This document shows positions 9,221 through 17,966 of a stretch of DNA of 44,623 bases, one piece after another. The translations under genes and the position numbers were made by a program. The DNA comes from an uncultured Planctomycetales bacterium. Its GTDB lineage: Bacteria > Planctomycetota > Phycisphaerae > UBA1845 > Fen-1342. Position 1 is the stretch's first letter. Every line of letters starts with the position of its first letter. The stretch is from positions 1-44,623 of the forward strand of contig CAYZXK010000195.1 of the NCBI GenBank assembly GCA_964482395.1, in the 5' to 3' direction. The notes beneath the pieces were generated by a model. It was not told the DNA's origin. It made no database searches and saw only the letters and a list, made by a program, of their open reading frames with translations.

Positions 9221-10954
9221 TCAGTATGCCTCGTCGTGCCGCTCAAGGCCCTCGGCCAGCTTGATCAGTGCGGTCAGTGGCTCGGCCGGCACGAACAGCT
9301 CCGCCCGCACTGCCCGGGGCTCCAGGTACATGGTGAATCCGGCCAGTGGCAGCTTCCGGTCGCCGGGTGCCAGCGGCGGAATCGGCACGCCGAAGTGCTC
9401 CAGCAGCCCGGCAAAACACTTCACCGTCCCCGGAATGTCCATCAGCAGACAAAATTGCGGATCCGGCCTGAGGATCCGGAACAGCTCGACCACCCGCGGG
9501 TCGGCGCTCAGCGGCGCCTCCTGGCCGGTCACCAGGACCTGGAGCTTGTCGCGAGCCTGCGACCGGGGACCGAAGGTGTATGCCACCCCTTCCGGATGCG
9601 GGGCCATGTAGAAGGTCGGGTTCTTCCCGTAGAGTGCGGCCAGCATGGGCTGCATCGGCTGCCTGGCCTGCGAGAAATCGAACTGATAGGCGTCGGCCTC
9701 GACCGGGCCGATTCGTTCCGACTCCCGCGAGCCGATCCCGATCGGGAAGGCTCCCCAGGCGCTCATCAGCTCCGGGGTGGTCGTCTCGCAGATGCCGCGG
9801 AGATCGGAGCGCACCGCCTCTCCCTCGTTGGTCAGGTACAGCCCCCAGTAGAGCAGTCCTTGGCCGTCGGGCACCAGGGAGAAGGCGGCGTTGGTGCCCG
9901 ACATCCGCCGATGAACTTCCAGGCTCTTCTTGAGGAACCCCTCCAGCCGCTCGGCCTCCACCTGGGCCTTGAGCGACTCGGCACTGAGAATCGCACGGGT
10001 CAACGCCGAGTTCAGGCCTTCCACCCCCGGCCCGTCCACCCATTCGAAGGCGAACACTAGCGGTCCATCACCGGCCCGCAGCCCGCGCAGCAGATCCCGC
10101 CGCGGTCGCTGCACCTGCCCCAGATAACCGGCCACTTGGCCCTCGGCCTTGAAGGCTGCCCGGAAATCGGCAAACACGCCCCGGCCGTCGATGCGCAGCG
10201 TGCTCACGCAGCTCTCAGTTTCGGCAAGCACCGTCCGGGCACGCTCCAGCAACCAACTGCACACCCGGACGCCCATCTCGGCCTCGGGTCCGGCCAGCGT
10301 CATCCCGACCGACAGGGCCTGCGAAACCAGCTCCAACTGCGTGTCCAACTCCTCTTTCCACGCCGGAACGTCTACGTAGACCACAATCTGGCCTCGCTCC
10401 AGCAGTTGACCCACCTCCTGGCCGAGCCGTGCGGCATGCCGGCCGGTGGAGTCCAGGGCCCCGCGCAGATCGGCTTTCTCTCGCCCGAAAATGATCACGT
10501 CCCCGACGCTGGCCGCCAGGCCGTGCTGCGGCCCGAACTCCACCAGCCACGCGTCCGGCCCCAGCCGGCTGGGCTGGGTTTGGCTCTTCCAGGCCTGGGG
10601 GCCGGCCGCGGCCGCGATCAACAACGGCTCGTCGCGCCCGGCGGCCACGACCAGGATCAGCGGTCCGGCCGTGTCCATCGCCGCCACCCCCTCGCCTACC
10701 GCCTCCTCCAGCAGGTCGCGTACGTTCAGGTCGGCCAGATCTTCGACCCGAATGGTCTTGCCGAATGCCCGCAGGCCGGCGACCAGGTCATCCAGTGCCG
10801 GCACCATCACTACCACTTTCGCGTCGTCCGGAATGTACTTCAGGATCCGCTGGATTCGCGGCCCGTCGACTGAACGTGTGGTAGTCTGTCCGTCGGCGAC
10901 CCGCGGCGCCAAAAGCGTGACGATGACGGCAATCGCTACCGGGAAGTGACGCAT
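9221..10954 (-). CDS. hypothetical secreted protein (about 577 aa; resembles planctomycete DUF-type proteins, function unknown)
   Basis: This is ORF 9221..10984. I chose the internal ATG at 10954 because an AAAGGAG RBS lies 7 nt upstream; it gives MRHFPVAIAVIVTLLAPRVADGQ, a signal peptide. I recognise no catalytic motif. Confidence 0.7.
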   Translation of the reverse strand: MRHFPVAIAVIVTLLAPRVADGQTTTRSVDGPRIQRILKYIPDDAKVVVMVPALDDLVAGLRAFGKTIRVEDLADLNVRDLLEEAVGEGVAAMDTAGPLILVVAAGRDEPLLIAAAAGPQAWKSQTQPSRLGPDAWLVEFGPQHGLAASVGDVIIFGREKADLRGALDSTGRHAARLGQEVGQLLERGQIVVYVDVPAWKEELDTQLELVSQALSVGMTLAGPEAEMGVRVCSWLLERARTVLAETESCVSTLRIDGRGVFADFRAAFKAEGQVAGYLGQVQRPRRDLLRGLRAGDGPLVFAFEWVDGPGVEGLNSALTRAILSAESLKAQVEAERLEGFLKKSLEVHRRMSGTNAAFSLVPDGQGLLYWGLYLTNEGEAVRSDLRGICETTTPELMSAWGAFPIGIGSRESERIGPVEADAYQFDFSQARQPMQPMLAALYGKNPTFYMAPHPEGVAYTFGPRSQARDKLQVLVTGQEAPLSADPRVVELFRILRPDPQFCLLMDIPGTVKCFAGLLEHFGVPIPPLAPGDRKLPLAGFTMYLEPRAVRAELFVPAEPLTALIKLAEGLERHDEAY

Positions 10955-11025
10955 GATTGGCTCCTTTGATCGACCCGGGCTCACTGCCGCCGCGTGCTCG
11001 GCGATGTCGCTCGGTGTCCAATTGG

Positions 11026-11054
11026 ATTAAATCGTTAGCCTGGCCCGCTGTCGA
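11026..11054 (-). promoter_or_regulatory. putative sigma70-type promoter (TCGACA-17-TTTAAT) for 9221..10954
   Basis: On the minus strand I read cgTCGACAgcgggccaggctaacgaTTTAATcc, about 70 nt upstream of the ATG at 10954. Confidence 0.25.
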
Positions 11055-11124
11055 CGAAACCCGGACAACTTCCGACAAGCAACCGGCCCTGGCCGGTAAT
11101 GGCCACTTGCCTGACAGGTCGCCG

Positions 11125-13443
11125 TCAGCCTCCCCGCTCCAGTCGGCGAATGGGGGCATGCTCCAGGATCAGCGTCTTGTCGCCGTGGCCCGCAAAACGC
11201 ACCCCGGCTCGTGTGCAGCCCGGCGCTGGCCGCACCCACAAGACCTGCCCCACTCCGTAAAGATCATGCCGGACCAGCAACCCGGGCTTCCAGTCGCCGA
11301 ATCCGGTGGGCTGACTGGCCGGCGGACGCTCACGCCGCCGACGGAGCGTCGGCCGATCCGGCCAGACGCCCTCGGCTGTATCCGCGTCCGGCTCAAGGCC
11401 GAGCCGTCGCTTGGGAACCCACCGGGCAGCTTCCTCGACCGGCAAATCCTCGACCGTCGGGATCAACCCCTCCACCACCCGGGGGGCCCTCCACACACCC
11501 CGGGTGGCCTGGAAATCTTGCCAGACCAGCTCCCGATCCCCAATTTCCTGGAGAAACTGCGAGATTGGTCGGGGGACGGTCCGACCGCGGATCATCCGCT
11601 CGCGGGCGTGCGAAATGACCAGCCGGCAGCGAGCGCGAGTGATCCCCACAAAGCACAGTCGGCGTTCTTCCTCCACGTCCCGATCTTCGCGCAAGGCCCA
11701 TTCGTGCGGAAGCAGCCCCTGCTCCAGCCCCACCAGGAATACGACCGGAAACTCCAGCCCCTTGGCGGCATGCAGCGTCATCAGCATGACGCAGCCGGCG
11801 TTCTCATCCACCGCGTCCTGATCGCTGACCAGGCTCACCCGGCTCAGGAAATCGGGCACCGATGGCTCCTCGACTTCCTGCTCGTATCGCCGGGCGGCGG
11901 TCACCAGCTCCTGCACGTTGGCCAGCCGATCTTCCCCGCCCACCTCGCGCTCCTTTTGGTAGGCGGCCTCCAGACCCGACGCGGTCAACACCATGCTCAC
12001 CGCTTGCGATACCGGCGCCTGGACGGCCGGCCTGAGCCGGTCCAGCAGCTCGACGAAGGCCCGGACCCGCTGAGCGGCCCCGCCCAGACCTGGAACCTGC
12101 TCAGCCGCACGCAACACGGCCGACAGCGGCTGCCCGGTGGCCGCGGCATGAGCCCGCAACCGCTGAAGCGAAGCCTTTCCCAGCCCCCGGGCCGGCAGGT
12201 TGATGATCCGCAGCAGAGCAACCTCATCCTGTGGATTGACCAGAACTCGCAGGTAGGCCAGCACGTCGCGAATCTCCTGCCGGCTGTAGAACTCCACGCC
12301 CCGGGCGATCCTGTAGGGGATACGCCGGCGGCGCAAAGCCTCCTCAAATCCGCGAGAAAGCGCGTTGATGCGGTAGAAGATGGCAAAGTCGCTCCAGGGC
12401 CGGCCGGCGGCATGCTGATCCGCTATGCTCTGGCAAATCCGCTCGGCCTCCTCCGCACCATCGCTGAACTGCCAGACCTCGACTGGCTCGCCGGCCGCGT
12501 TCCGCGTCCAGAGCTCTTTGGCCTTGCGCCGGCGATTGTGCATGATGAGCCGCGCCGCCGCCCGCAGTATGTTCCCGGTCGACCGGTAGTTCTCCTCCAG
12601 CCGGATCACCCGGGCGTCCGGGAAGTCGCGCTCGAACTCCAGGATGTTGCGGATGTCGGCCCCGCGCCAGGCATAGATGCTCTGGTCCGGGTCACCGGTA
12701 GCGCAGATGTTGCGGTGATGGCGCGAAAGCAGGCTGGCAATCACATACTGGGCGTAGTTGGTGTCCTGATACTCGTCGATCAGCACGTGGCGGAACCGAA
12801 TGTTGAGTCGCTCGACGATCTCGGCGTGCTCCCGGAGCACCAGGGCCGGACGCATGAGCAGATCGTCGAAATCGACCGCGTTGCGCTGCTCCAGCAGGTC
12901 CTGGTAGATTTCATAGACCCGGGCCAGTTCACGCTCCTGCGACCCCTCGGCCGCCTCCCAGCACTGTTCGGGCGACTGCAACCGCCCCTTGGCGTCGCTG
13001 ATCCACGCGCAGGCCTGGGCCGGCGTCAGGGCCTTCTGGCTTACGCCCGCCGCCCCCAGGGCTTCTTTCATCACCCGGAGCCCGTCGTCCTCGTCGTAAA
13101 TCGAGAAATTGGGCCGCACGCGGGCCGGCTCGCCCAGTTCATGCAGCAGTCGGGCTCCCAAGGCATGGAACGTGTACACCCACATTCCACGGCTGACGCC
13201 CAGGGCTTGGATCCGCTGGCGCATCTCGTCGGCGGCCTTGTTGGTGAAGGTGATGGCCAGAATGTTGCGAGCCGGGATGCCGCTGTGCACCAGGTACGCC
13301 GCTCGGCGCGTGATCACCCGCGTCTTGCCGCTGCCCGGCCCGGCCAGCACCAGCAGGGGGCCTTCCGGGTGGGTGACCGCCAGCCGTTGCGGCTCGTTCA
13401 GGTCGGCCAGGATCGCGGCCCGCTGGGCATCGTCGGTGTGCAT
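11125..13443 (-). CDS. uvrD: ATP-dependent DNA helicase UvrD/PcrA (superfamily 1)
   Basis: The N-terminus reads LNEPQRLAVTHPEGPLLVLAGPGSGKTRVITRRAAYLV (Walker A, motif I). Motifs through helicase motif VI (VGITRAR) follow, including a DEYQDTN helicase box. The C-terminus has a Tudor-like tail (LLVRHDLYGVGQVLWV). Confidence 0.95.
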   Translation of the reverse strand: MHTDDAQRAAILADLNEPQRLAVTHPEGPLLVLAGPGSGKTRVITRRAAYLVHSGIPARNILAITFTNKAADEMRQRIQALGVSRGMWVYTFHALGARLLHELGEPARVRPNFSIYDEDDGLRVMKEALGAAGVSQKALTPAQACAWISDAKGRLQSPEQCWEAAEGSQERELARVYEIYQDLLEQRNAVDFDDLLMRPALVLREHAEIVERLNIRFRHVLIDEYQDTNYAQYVIASLLSRHHRNICATGDPDQSIYAWRGADIRNILEFERDFPDARVIRLEENYRSTGNILRAAARLIMHNRRRKAKELWTRNAAGEPVEVWQFSDGAEEAERICQSIADQHAAGRPWSDFAIFYRINALSRGFEEALRRRRIPYRIARGVEFYSRQEIRDVLAYLRVLVNPQDEVALLRIINLPARGLGKASLQRLRAHAAATGQPLSAVLRAAEQVPGLGGAAQRVRAFVELLDRLRPAVQAPVSQAVSMVLTASGLEAAYQKEREVGGEDRLANVQELVTAARRYEQEVEEPSVPDFLSRVSLVSDQDAVDENAGCVMLMTLHAAKGLEFPVVFLVGLEQGLLPHEWALREDRDVEEERRLCFVGITRARCRLVISHARERMIRGRTVPRPISQFLQEIGDRELVWQDFQATRGVWRAPRVVEGLIPTVEDLPVEEAARWVPKRRLGLEPDADTAEGVWPDRPTLRRRRERPPASQPTGFGDWKPGLLVRHDLYGVGQVLWVRPAPGCTRAGVRFAGHGDKTLILEHAPIRRLERGG

Positions 13444-13577
13444 ACCCTCCTATACCGCCACCGCCCGCCCCGGTCCACCACCCGCCTTCACACGGTCAGC
13501 CAGCCTGCCCGATAATAGCGGCAGAGGGCCTGTCCGCCGACCCAGCGGACTGGTCGCTTCGTGCATAGGAGTCAGCA

Positions 13578-13643
13578 ATGTTCTGGCTGGCGCTGTTTTC
13601 GCTACTGGTCGGTTTTCTGGCCGCCCTGATCGGCTTTGCCTAG
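13578..13643 (+). CDS. candidate 21-aa hydrophobic micropeptide (MFWLALFSLLVGFLAALIGFA)
   Basis: I found this by hand; it is not in the ORF table. An AGGAG motif lies 6 nt upstream of the ATG. The peptide is a single predicted transmembrane helix. It overlaps the 3' end of the convergent gene 13602..14735, and the hydrophilic tail of that gene is simply the antisense reading of this stretch, so only one of the two can be real here. Confidence 0.2.
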   Translation: MFWLALFSLLVGFLAALIGFA

Positions 13644-14735
13644 TAGCGGCTGAGTGGAAGACCCTGGCACCGGGCCACTGACCGGCGCGGCCGGCAGATA
13701 CGCCGACACATCCAGACCGTTGGCCGCGGCCGCATAACGACGGGCGAAGTCATTCAGGCTCGCCGCAGTCACCAGCTCACAACTCACCGTGTGACGCCGG
13801 GGAACCTGTTCATCGTACAGCAATAACCGGACCGCAATCTCCACCGCCGCAAAACCAATCTCACCGTCCAGCGGCCCGACCAGGGCCGCCGCTTCGCCGG
13901 GGTTGTCCGGGGTTCCCAGACGCGACCAGAGAACCGGTGCGGCCGAAAGCGTGGCGAAGCGATAATCGCGGTTCAGCTCGCGCAACTCGTGGCGCCATCC
14001 CGGTCGAGCGGTCAGCCACACGTCGGGCATCAGTGTTACGATCATCCCCGCGTGGGGGAACCGGCCCAGAAGCTCCTCCACCAGCTCGGCCGGGGAGCGC
14101 CCGCTCCCAGCCGCGTCCACGGCCTGCAACAGCGTCAACTCGTACTGACGTTGGGCTGCCGCGCTGAAGCGGTTATAGCACTCGGTCGCCAACCGCCCCC
14201 GGCTGCGTTCGTGAACCAGTAGATAGCTGCGGCGGCCGGCGGCGACCCGCCCCAGATTGGCCCCCAGCAACTCGGCCGCCCCCGGCAAGTTGATGTCCAC
14301 ATGAGCACTGACCCGCGGGTCGTTAATTGGCCGGCCCATGGTCACTAGCAGGGCCTGTCGGCTCCCGATCAGCTCGATGCATGACCCGATCCCGGTCGGG
14401 TCCGCGACGTACAAACACACCGCGTTGGGACCGCGCTCCAGGGCCTCTCCAACTGCGGCCTGGAGGCTCTCGGCCGTGCTTTCGGGCGGGGCCACGCACA
14501 CGGCCTGAAGCGTGGGAATACCGGACACAAAGCGCTCCACCCCGCCACGGATTCCCGGCCATTGCGGGTGATCTTGGCACGGGCCGACCACCGCCACCAG
14601 CATGCCGCCCAGCGATCCATGGCCCGGTGAGCCCGCCTGCGGGTCGCGCTGGCAGCTCATAAGTGCCGTCCAGGTAAGAACATACACGATCCTGCGGACC
14701 GCCGCTCGCCAGTGGCCCCGCTGCCAACGCCCCAT
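13602..14735 (-). CDS. putative lipoprotein with a periplasmic-binding-protein (LacI-type sugar-binding) fold
   Basis: The N-terminus, MGRWQRGHWRAAVRRIVYVLTWTALMSC, looks like a signal peptide with a lipobox-like LMSC. The body alternates beta and alpha elements the way Peripla_BP domains do (MLVAVVGP..., LLVTMGRP..., MIVTLMPD). A GAAGG RBS precedes the start. Confidence 0.5.
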   Translation of the reverse strand: MGRWQRGHWRAAVRRIVYVLTWTALMSCQRDPQAGSPGHGSLGGMLVAVVGPCQDHPQWPGIRGGVERFVSGIPTLQAVCVAPPESTAESLQAAVGEALERGPNAVCLYVADPTGIGSCIELIGSRQALLVTMGRPINDPRVSAHVDINLPGAAELLGANLGRVAAGRRSYLLVHERSRGRLATECYNRFSAAAQRQYELTLLQAVDAAGSGRSPAELVEELLGRFPHAGMIVTLMPDVWLTARPGWRHELRELNRDYRFATLSAAPVLWSRLGTPDNPGEAAALVGPLDGEIGFAAVEIAVRLLLYDEQVPRRHTVSCELVTAASLNDFARRYAAAANGLDVSAYLPAAPVSGPVPGSSTQPLLGKADQGGQKTDQ

Positions 14736-14773
14736 AACGATCAGCCTTCAACCAATCTGGCCGCAACTGCCGT

Positions 14774-14802
14774 TTGCCGATTCACCTATAATAGGGCATA
14801 AT
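14774..14802 (+). promoter_or_regulatory. putative sigma70-type promoter (TTGCCG-17-CATAAT) for 14845..15636
   Basis: The AT-rich patch ccgtTTGCCGattcacctataatagggCATAATcgg lies about 45 nt upstream of the S/T-rich protein gene, in the divergent intergenic region. Confidence 0.3.
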
Positions 14803-14844
14803 CGGTAGTGAGTTTACCCCGACGCCTGTCCAAGAGGTGCGGCG

Positions 14845-15636
14845 ATGATCCGGTTTGTGATTGCTGGGCTGACCGCGATCGGCCTGTCCGGGCTGCCGGT
14901 GGCGGCCCAAAGTCAGTCTTCCACGACTAATAACAGCAGCTCCGATCTGTCGGCGTCCTCCCCTAAACAGAATGCGTCTACCGGCGCCGTCAGCCAGCGG
15001 GCTCCGGGAACCTGGGTCCGGTCAGCGATCGAGCGGCACAACACCCTAAAAGGCCAGCGGCTGACCGGTCCGCGTTTTGGCCGACCTAATGATACCGAAG
15101 CCCAACTCCGGTTCGGCACCACCAGCGGCAGCAATTCGAGTCAGTCCGGCAGCTCCGATTTGAGCGGCCTGCTGAACCTGCTGAATCAACTCGGCTCAAC
15201 CGGCTCGCTGGGCGACCTGGTCAACAACCTGACCGGGAGCTCCACTTCTGGCAGCGGAACCAACTACACGCTGGACGACCTGATCGCCCTGGGCCAGTCG
15301 CTGGGCGGGAGCCAGAAATCGTCCGCCACGCAGCAATCGACCACTACCACTACCTCGACCACGACCCAGAGCACCGAGGAATCAAGCTTCGGCGCTCGGT
15401 GGGCTAGCGCGATGCTCAAGACGTTCTTCAGCGCGCTAACCGTGGGATTTCAGTCCGATTTCTTTATCGAAGCCCTCAAAGACGTGTTGCGCCCGCTGGT
15501 TCTGCCCAGTTCAGACAGCGGCGGGAGCAACGCCGATTCCGGGAGCGGGGACGGGGCTGGCGGCGATAGCGGTGGGGGCGGCATCGAGGACCTTTCGCCG
15601 GGCAGCGGCGGCAGCTCCGGCAGCTCCACAATCTAG
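14845..15636 (+). CDS. secreted Ser/Thr/Gly-rich low-complexity protein (hypothetical)
   Basis: An AAGAGGTG RBS lies 5 nt upstream. The signal peptide is MIRFVIAGLTAIGLSGLPVAAQS. The rest is low complexity: runs of S/T/N/G/Q such as QQSTTTTTSTTTQSTEESS, and a C-terminal SGSGDGAGGDSGGGG. Confidence 0.7.
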   Translation: MIRFVIAGLTAIGLSGLPVAAQSQSSTTNNSSSDLSASSPKQNASTGAVSQRAPGTWVRSAIERHNTLKGQRLTGPRFGRPNDTEAQLRFGTTSGSNSSQSGSSDLSGLLNLLNQLGSTGSLGDLVNNLTGSSTSGSGTNYTLDDLIALGQSLGGSQKSSATQQSTTTTTSTTTQSTEESSFGARWASAMLKTFFSALTVGFQSDFFIEALKDVLRPLVLPSSDSGGSNADSGSGDGAGGDSGGGGIEDLSPGSGGSSGSSTI

Positions 15637-15692
15637 CATCTCGACGCCCCATCGCAGTCGGCGCGTGGCGGTCTGCGCGGTTACGGTCAGCT

Positions 15693-16724
15693 ATGCTGGG
15701 CAGCCCTTCAGATCATCAGAATGTGCGCCGGCTGGCCAAGGTCGGCTTGGCGGCGGCGGTGATGGTCTCGCTCGCGGCCTGCGGGTATGGCATCTACGAA
15801 TGGGCCGCCCACGGTGACCGGCCCCTGGGGGTCGGCTTCCTGGCCGGGGGACTAGCCGGTCTGCTCATCAGCCTATTCCTCTATTGCCAGGTGGTGCTCA
15901 TTCAGAAGTTCGTGAACTACGCTTACCGCGGGTACGACGCCTTGCTGGAAGCCTCGGAGCTGCTTCGCCGGCAGGAGGAGCACAGCCGAACCATCGCCGC
16001 CAACAGCAACCTGTCGGAATGGGCCAAGCGGGTGGTCTACCGCGAGAAAGATTACGAGTTCCTCCGCGACAGCATCCAGGGAGCGATCGTCCGTCAGGAC
16101 TGGGAGTCGGCCGAACATCTGATCCGGGATATGGACCGGGAGTTCGGCTTCCATGACGAAGCCGCTCATCTGCGCGAGAAGCTCCAGCAGGCCCGACGGG
16201 CTACGACCGAGGAGCGGATTGCCGCCGCTATCGCCCGCTTTGACTCGCTGTGTCAGCAGCACAAGTGGGATCAGGCCCGCGTGGAGTGCGAACGTCTCAG
16301 CGCGCTGTTTCCGGGCCAGACCCGGATTGTTGCTCTGCCGCGCGAGCTCGAGCGCCGCCGGCAGGAGGTCAAACAACAACTGCTCAAGGATTACGACCAG
16401 GCGGTCCGCGGCCAAGACATTGATCGGGCTCACCAGTTGCTCTACCAGCTCGACCAGTACCTGGTTCCCAAGGAGGCCGAAGCCCTGAAGGAGTCGGCCC
16501 GCGGCGTGTTCCGGGCCCGGCTTGAACAGCTTAAGAGCCGCTTTGCCATCGCGGTCGAGTCCAAGCAGTTCCCCAGCGCGGTGGAGGCCGGCGAGCGGCT
16601 GATGCGCGAGTTCCCCAACAGCGGCTACGCGCAGGAGATCTCCAAGCTGCTGCCGGTCCTGCGGCAGCGCGCCAGGCAACAGGCCCCGCATGCGGCGACC
16701 CCGGCCCCTCCAACGGCTTCGTGA
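15693..16724 (+). CDS. membrane protein with two N-terminal TM helices and a long coiled-coil/TPR-like cytoplasmic domain (hypothetical)
   Basis: Two hydrophobic segments (LAAAVMVSLAACGYGIYEW and FLAGGLAGLLISLFLYCQVVLI) are followed by about 250 aa rich in R, E, Q and L with a heptad-like pattern. Confidence 0.6.
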   Translation: MLGSPSDHQNVRRLAKVGLAAAVMVSLAACGYGIYEWAAHGDRPLGVGFLAGGLAGLLISLFLYCQVVLIQKFVNYAYRGYDALLEASELLRRQEEHSRTIAANSNLSEWAKRVVYREKDYEFLRDSIQGAIVRQDWESAEHLIRDMDREFGFHDEAAHLREKLQQARRATTEERIAAAIARFDSLCQQHKWDQARVECERLSALFPGQTRIVALPRELERRRQEVKQQLLKDYDQAVRGQDIDRAHQLLYQLDQYLVPKEAEALKESARGVFRARLEQLKSRFAIAVESKQFPSAVEAGERLMREFPNSGYAQEISKLLPVLRQRARQQAPHAATPAPPTAS

Positions 16725-17862
16725 CGCTTTCCAGTCGCGGCTGGGCCGCGGCTGCACCGTGATCGCCCGGGCCCCGGGCCGAGTCAATTTGATCGGCGAG
16801 CACACGGACTACAACGAGGGGTTCGTCCTGCCGATGGCCATCCAGCCCGGCCTTTGGGTCGCTGCGGCCGGTCGCGAGGACGGCCTCCTGCGGGCCATCT
16901 CGCTGAATCTGCGAAGCGAGCAGACTTGGCCTATCGACGACTGGCAGCCCCAAGGAATGCCGGGCTGGACCAGCTATGTGGCCGGGGTGGCCAAGCTGCT
17001 GCGCCAGCGCGGGGTGCAGCTCCGCGGCTGCGACCTCCTCATCGACAGTGAACTGACAGTCGGCGGCGGCCTGTCCAGCTCCGCCGCCCTGGAGATCGCG
17101 ACCGGGTTGGCACTCACCGCGCTGGCCGGAGTGAGCCTGGACCCGGTCGAGCTGGCCGATCTGTGCCGACGGGCCGAACATGAATTCGCCGGCGTACACT
17201 GCGGCATCATGGACCAGTACGCCTGTTTGCTGGCCCGGGCCGGTCACGCCCTGCTGCTGGATTGTCGCAGCCGGCGCTGGCAGCACATTCCCCTCAAGCT
17301 CAAGCAACACGCCATCCTGATCGTGGACACCGGCGTGCGGCACGAGCTGGCCACCAGCGAGTATGCCATGCGTCAGGAACAGTGCCGCCGGGCCGTCGAG
17401 CACTTCCAGCGCACTGATCCGAGCGTCCAAGCCCTGCGCGATCTCGACCTCCACACCGTGCTGGCCCAGGCCCCGGAAATGGACCCCGTAATCGCCGCCC
17501 GGGCCCGGCACGTGGTCTCCGAAAACCAGCGAACCCAGGCTGCGGCCCAAGCCCTTTGCCAGGGCGACCTGGCCGAACTCGGCCGACTGATGAACGACTC
17601 GCATGACTCGCTGCGGGACGATTATGAGGTCTCCTGCCCGCAGCTCGATCGTTTGGTGGAGATCCTGCGAGCCGTGCCCGGGGTGCGGGGTGCGAGAATG
17701 ACCGGCGGCGGATTCGGAGGCTGCGTGGTCGCGGTGGCCGAGCGGGCCAGTCTGGGGCCGGCTCAGGCCGCGATCCGCCGGCAATACCGGCCCCCAGAAT
17801 CGCACGAAGCAACCGTGACTGTGACCGAGGCAGGTCCCGGCGCGACGATCGAATCCCCCTGA
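16690..17862 (+). CDS. galK: galactokinase (GHMP kinase family)
   Basis: The galactokinase signature APGRVNLIGEHTDYNEGFVLPMAI is present. GGGLSSSAALE is the GHMP ATP-binding motif, and RMTGGGFGGCVVAV is the C-terminal GHMP motif. Confidence 0.9.
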   Translation: MRRPRPLQRLRDAFQSRLGRGCTVIARAPGRVNLIGEHTDYNEGFVLPMAIQPGLWVAAAGREDGLLRAISLNLRSEQTWPIDDWQPQGMPGWTSYVAGVAKLLRQRGVQLRGCDLLIDSELTVGGGLSSSAALEIATGLALTALAGVSLDPVELADLCRRAEHEFAGVHCGIMDQYACLLARAGHALLLDCRSRRWQHIPLKLKQHAILIVDTGVRHELATSEYAMRQEQCRRAVEHFQRTDPSVQALRDLDLHTVLAQAPEMDPVIAARARHVVSENQRTQAAAQALCQGDLAELGRLMNDSHDSLRDDYEVSCPQLDRLVEILRAVPGVRGARMTGGGFGGCVVAVAERASLGPAQAAIRRQYRPPESHEATVTVTEAGPGATIESP

Positions 17863-17966
17863 GCGATATCCTCGGCTCCTATCCCACAAATCAGGCAGGT
17901 TTTCGGACCGCGTGTCTTTATGATCCGGCTTTGTGTACCCGCCGGTTCAGCACCCCGACCACCACC

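Noticed and set aside
10957-13515. 852-aa ORF on the plus strand
   Set aside because: It is entirely antisense to the well-supported uvrD gene. Its translation is Pro/Arg/Gly/Ala-rich with no motifs. This is the typical open antisense frame of a high-GC sequence.
16531-17889. 452-aa ORF on the minus strand
   Set aside because: It is antisense to galK, which carries unambiguous galactokinase motifs.
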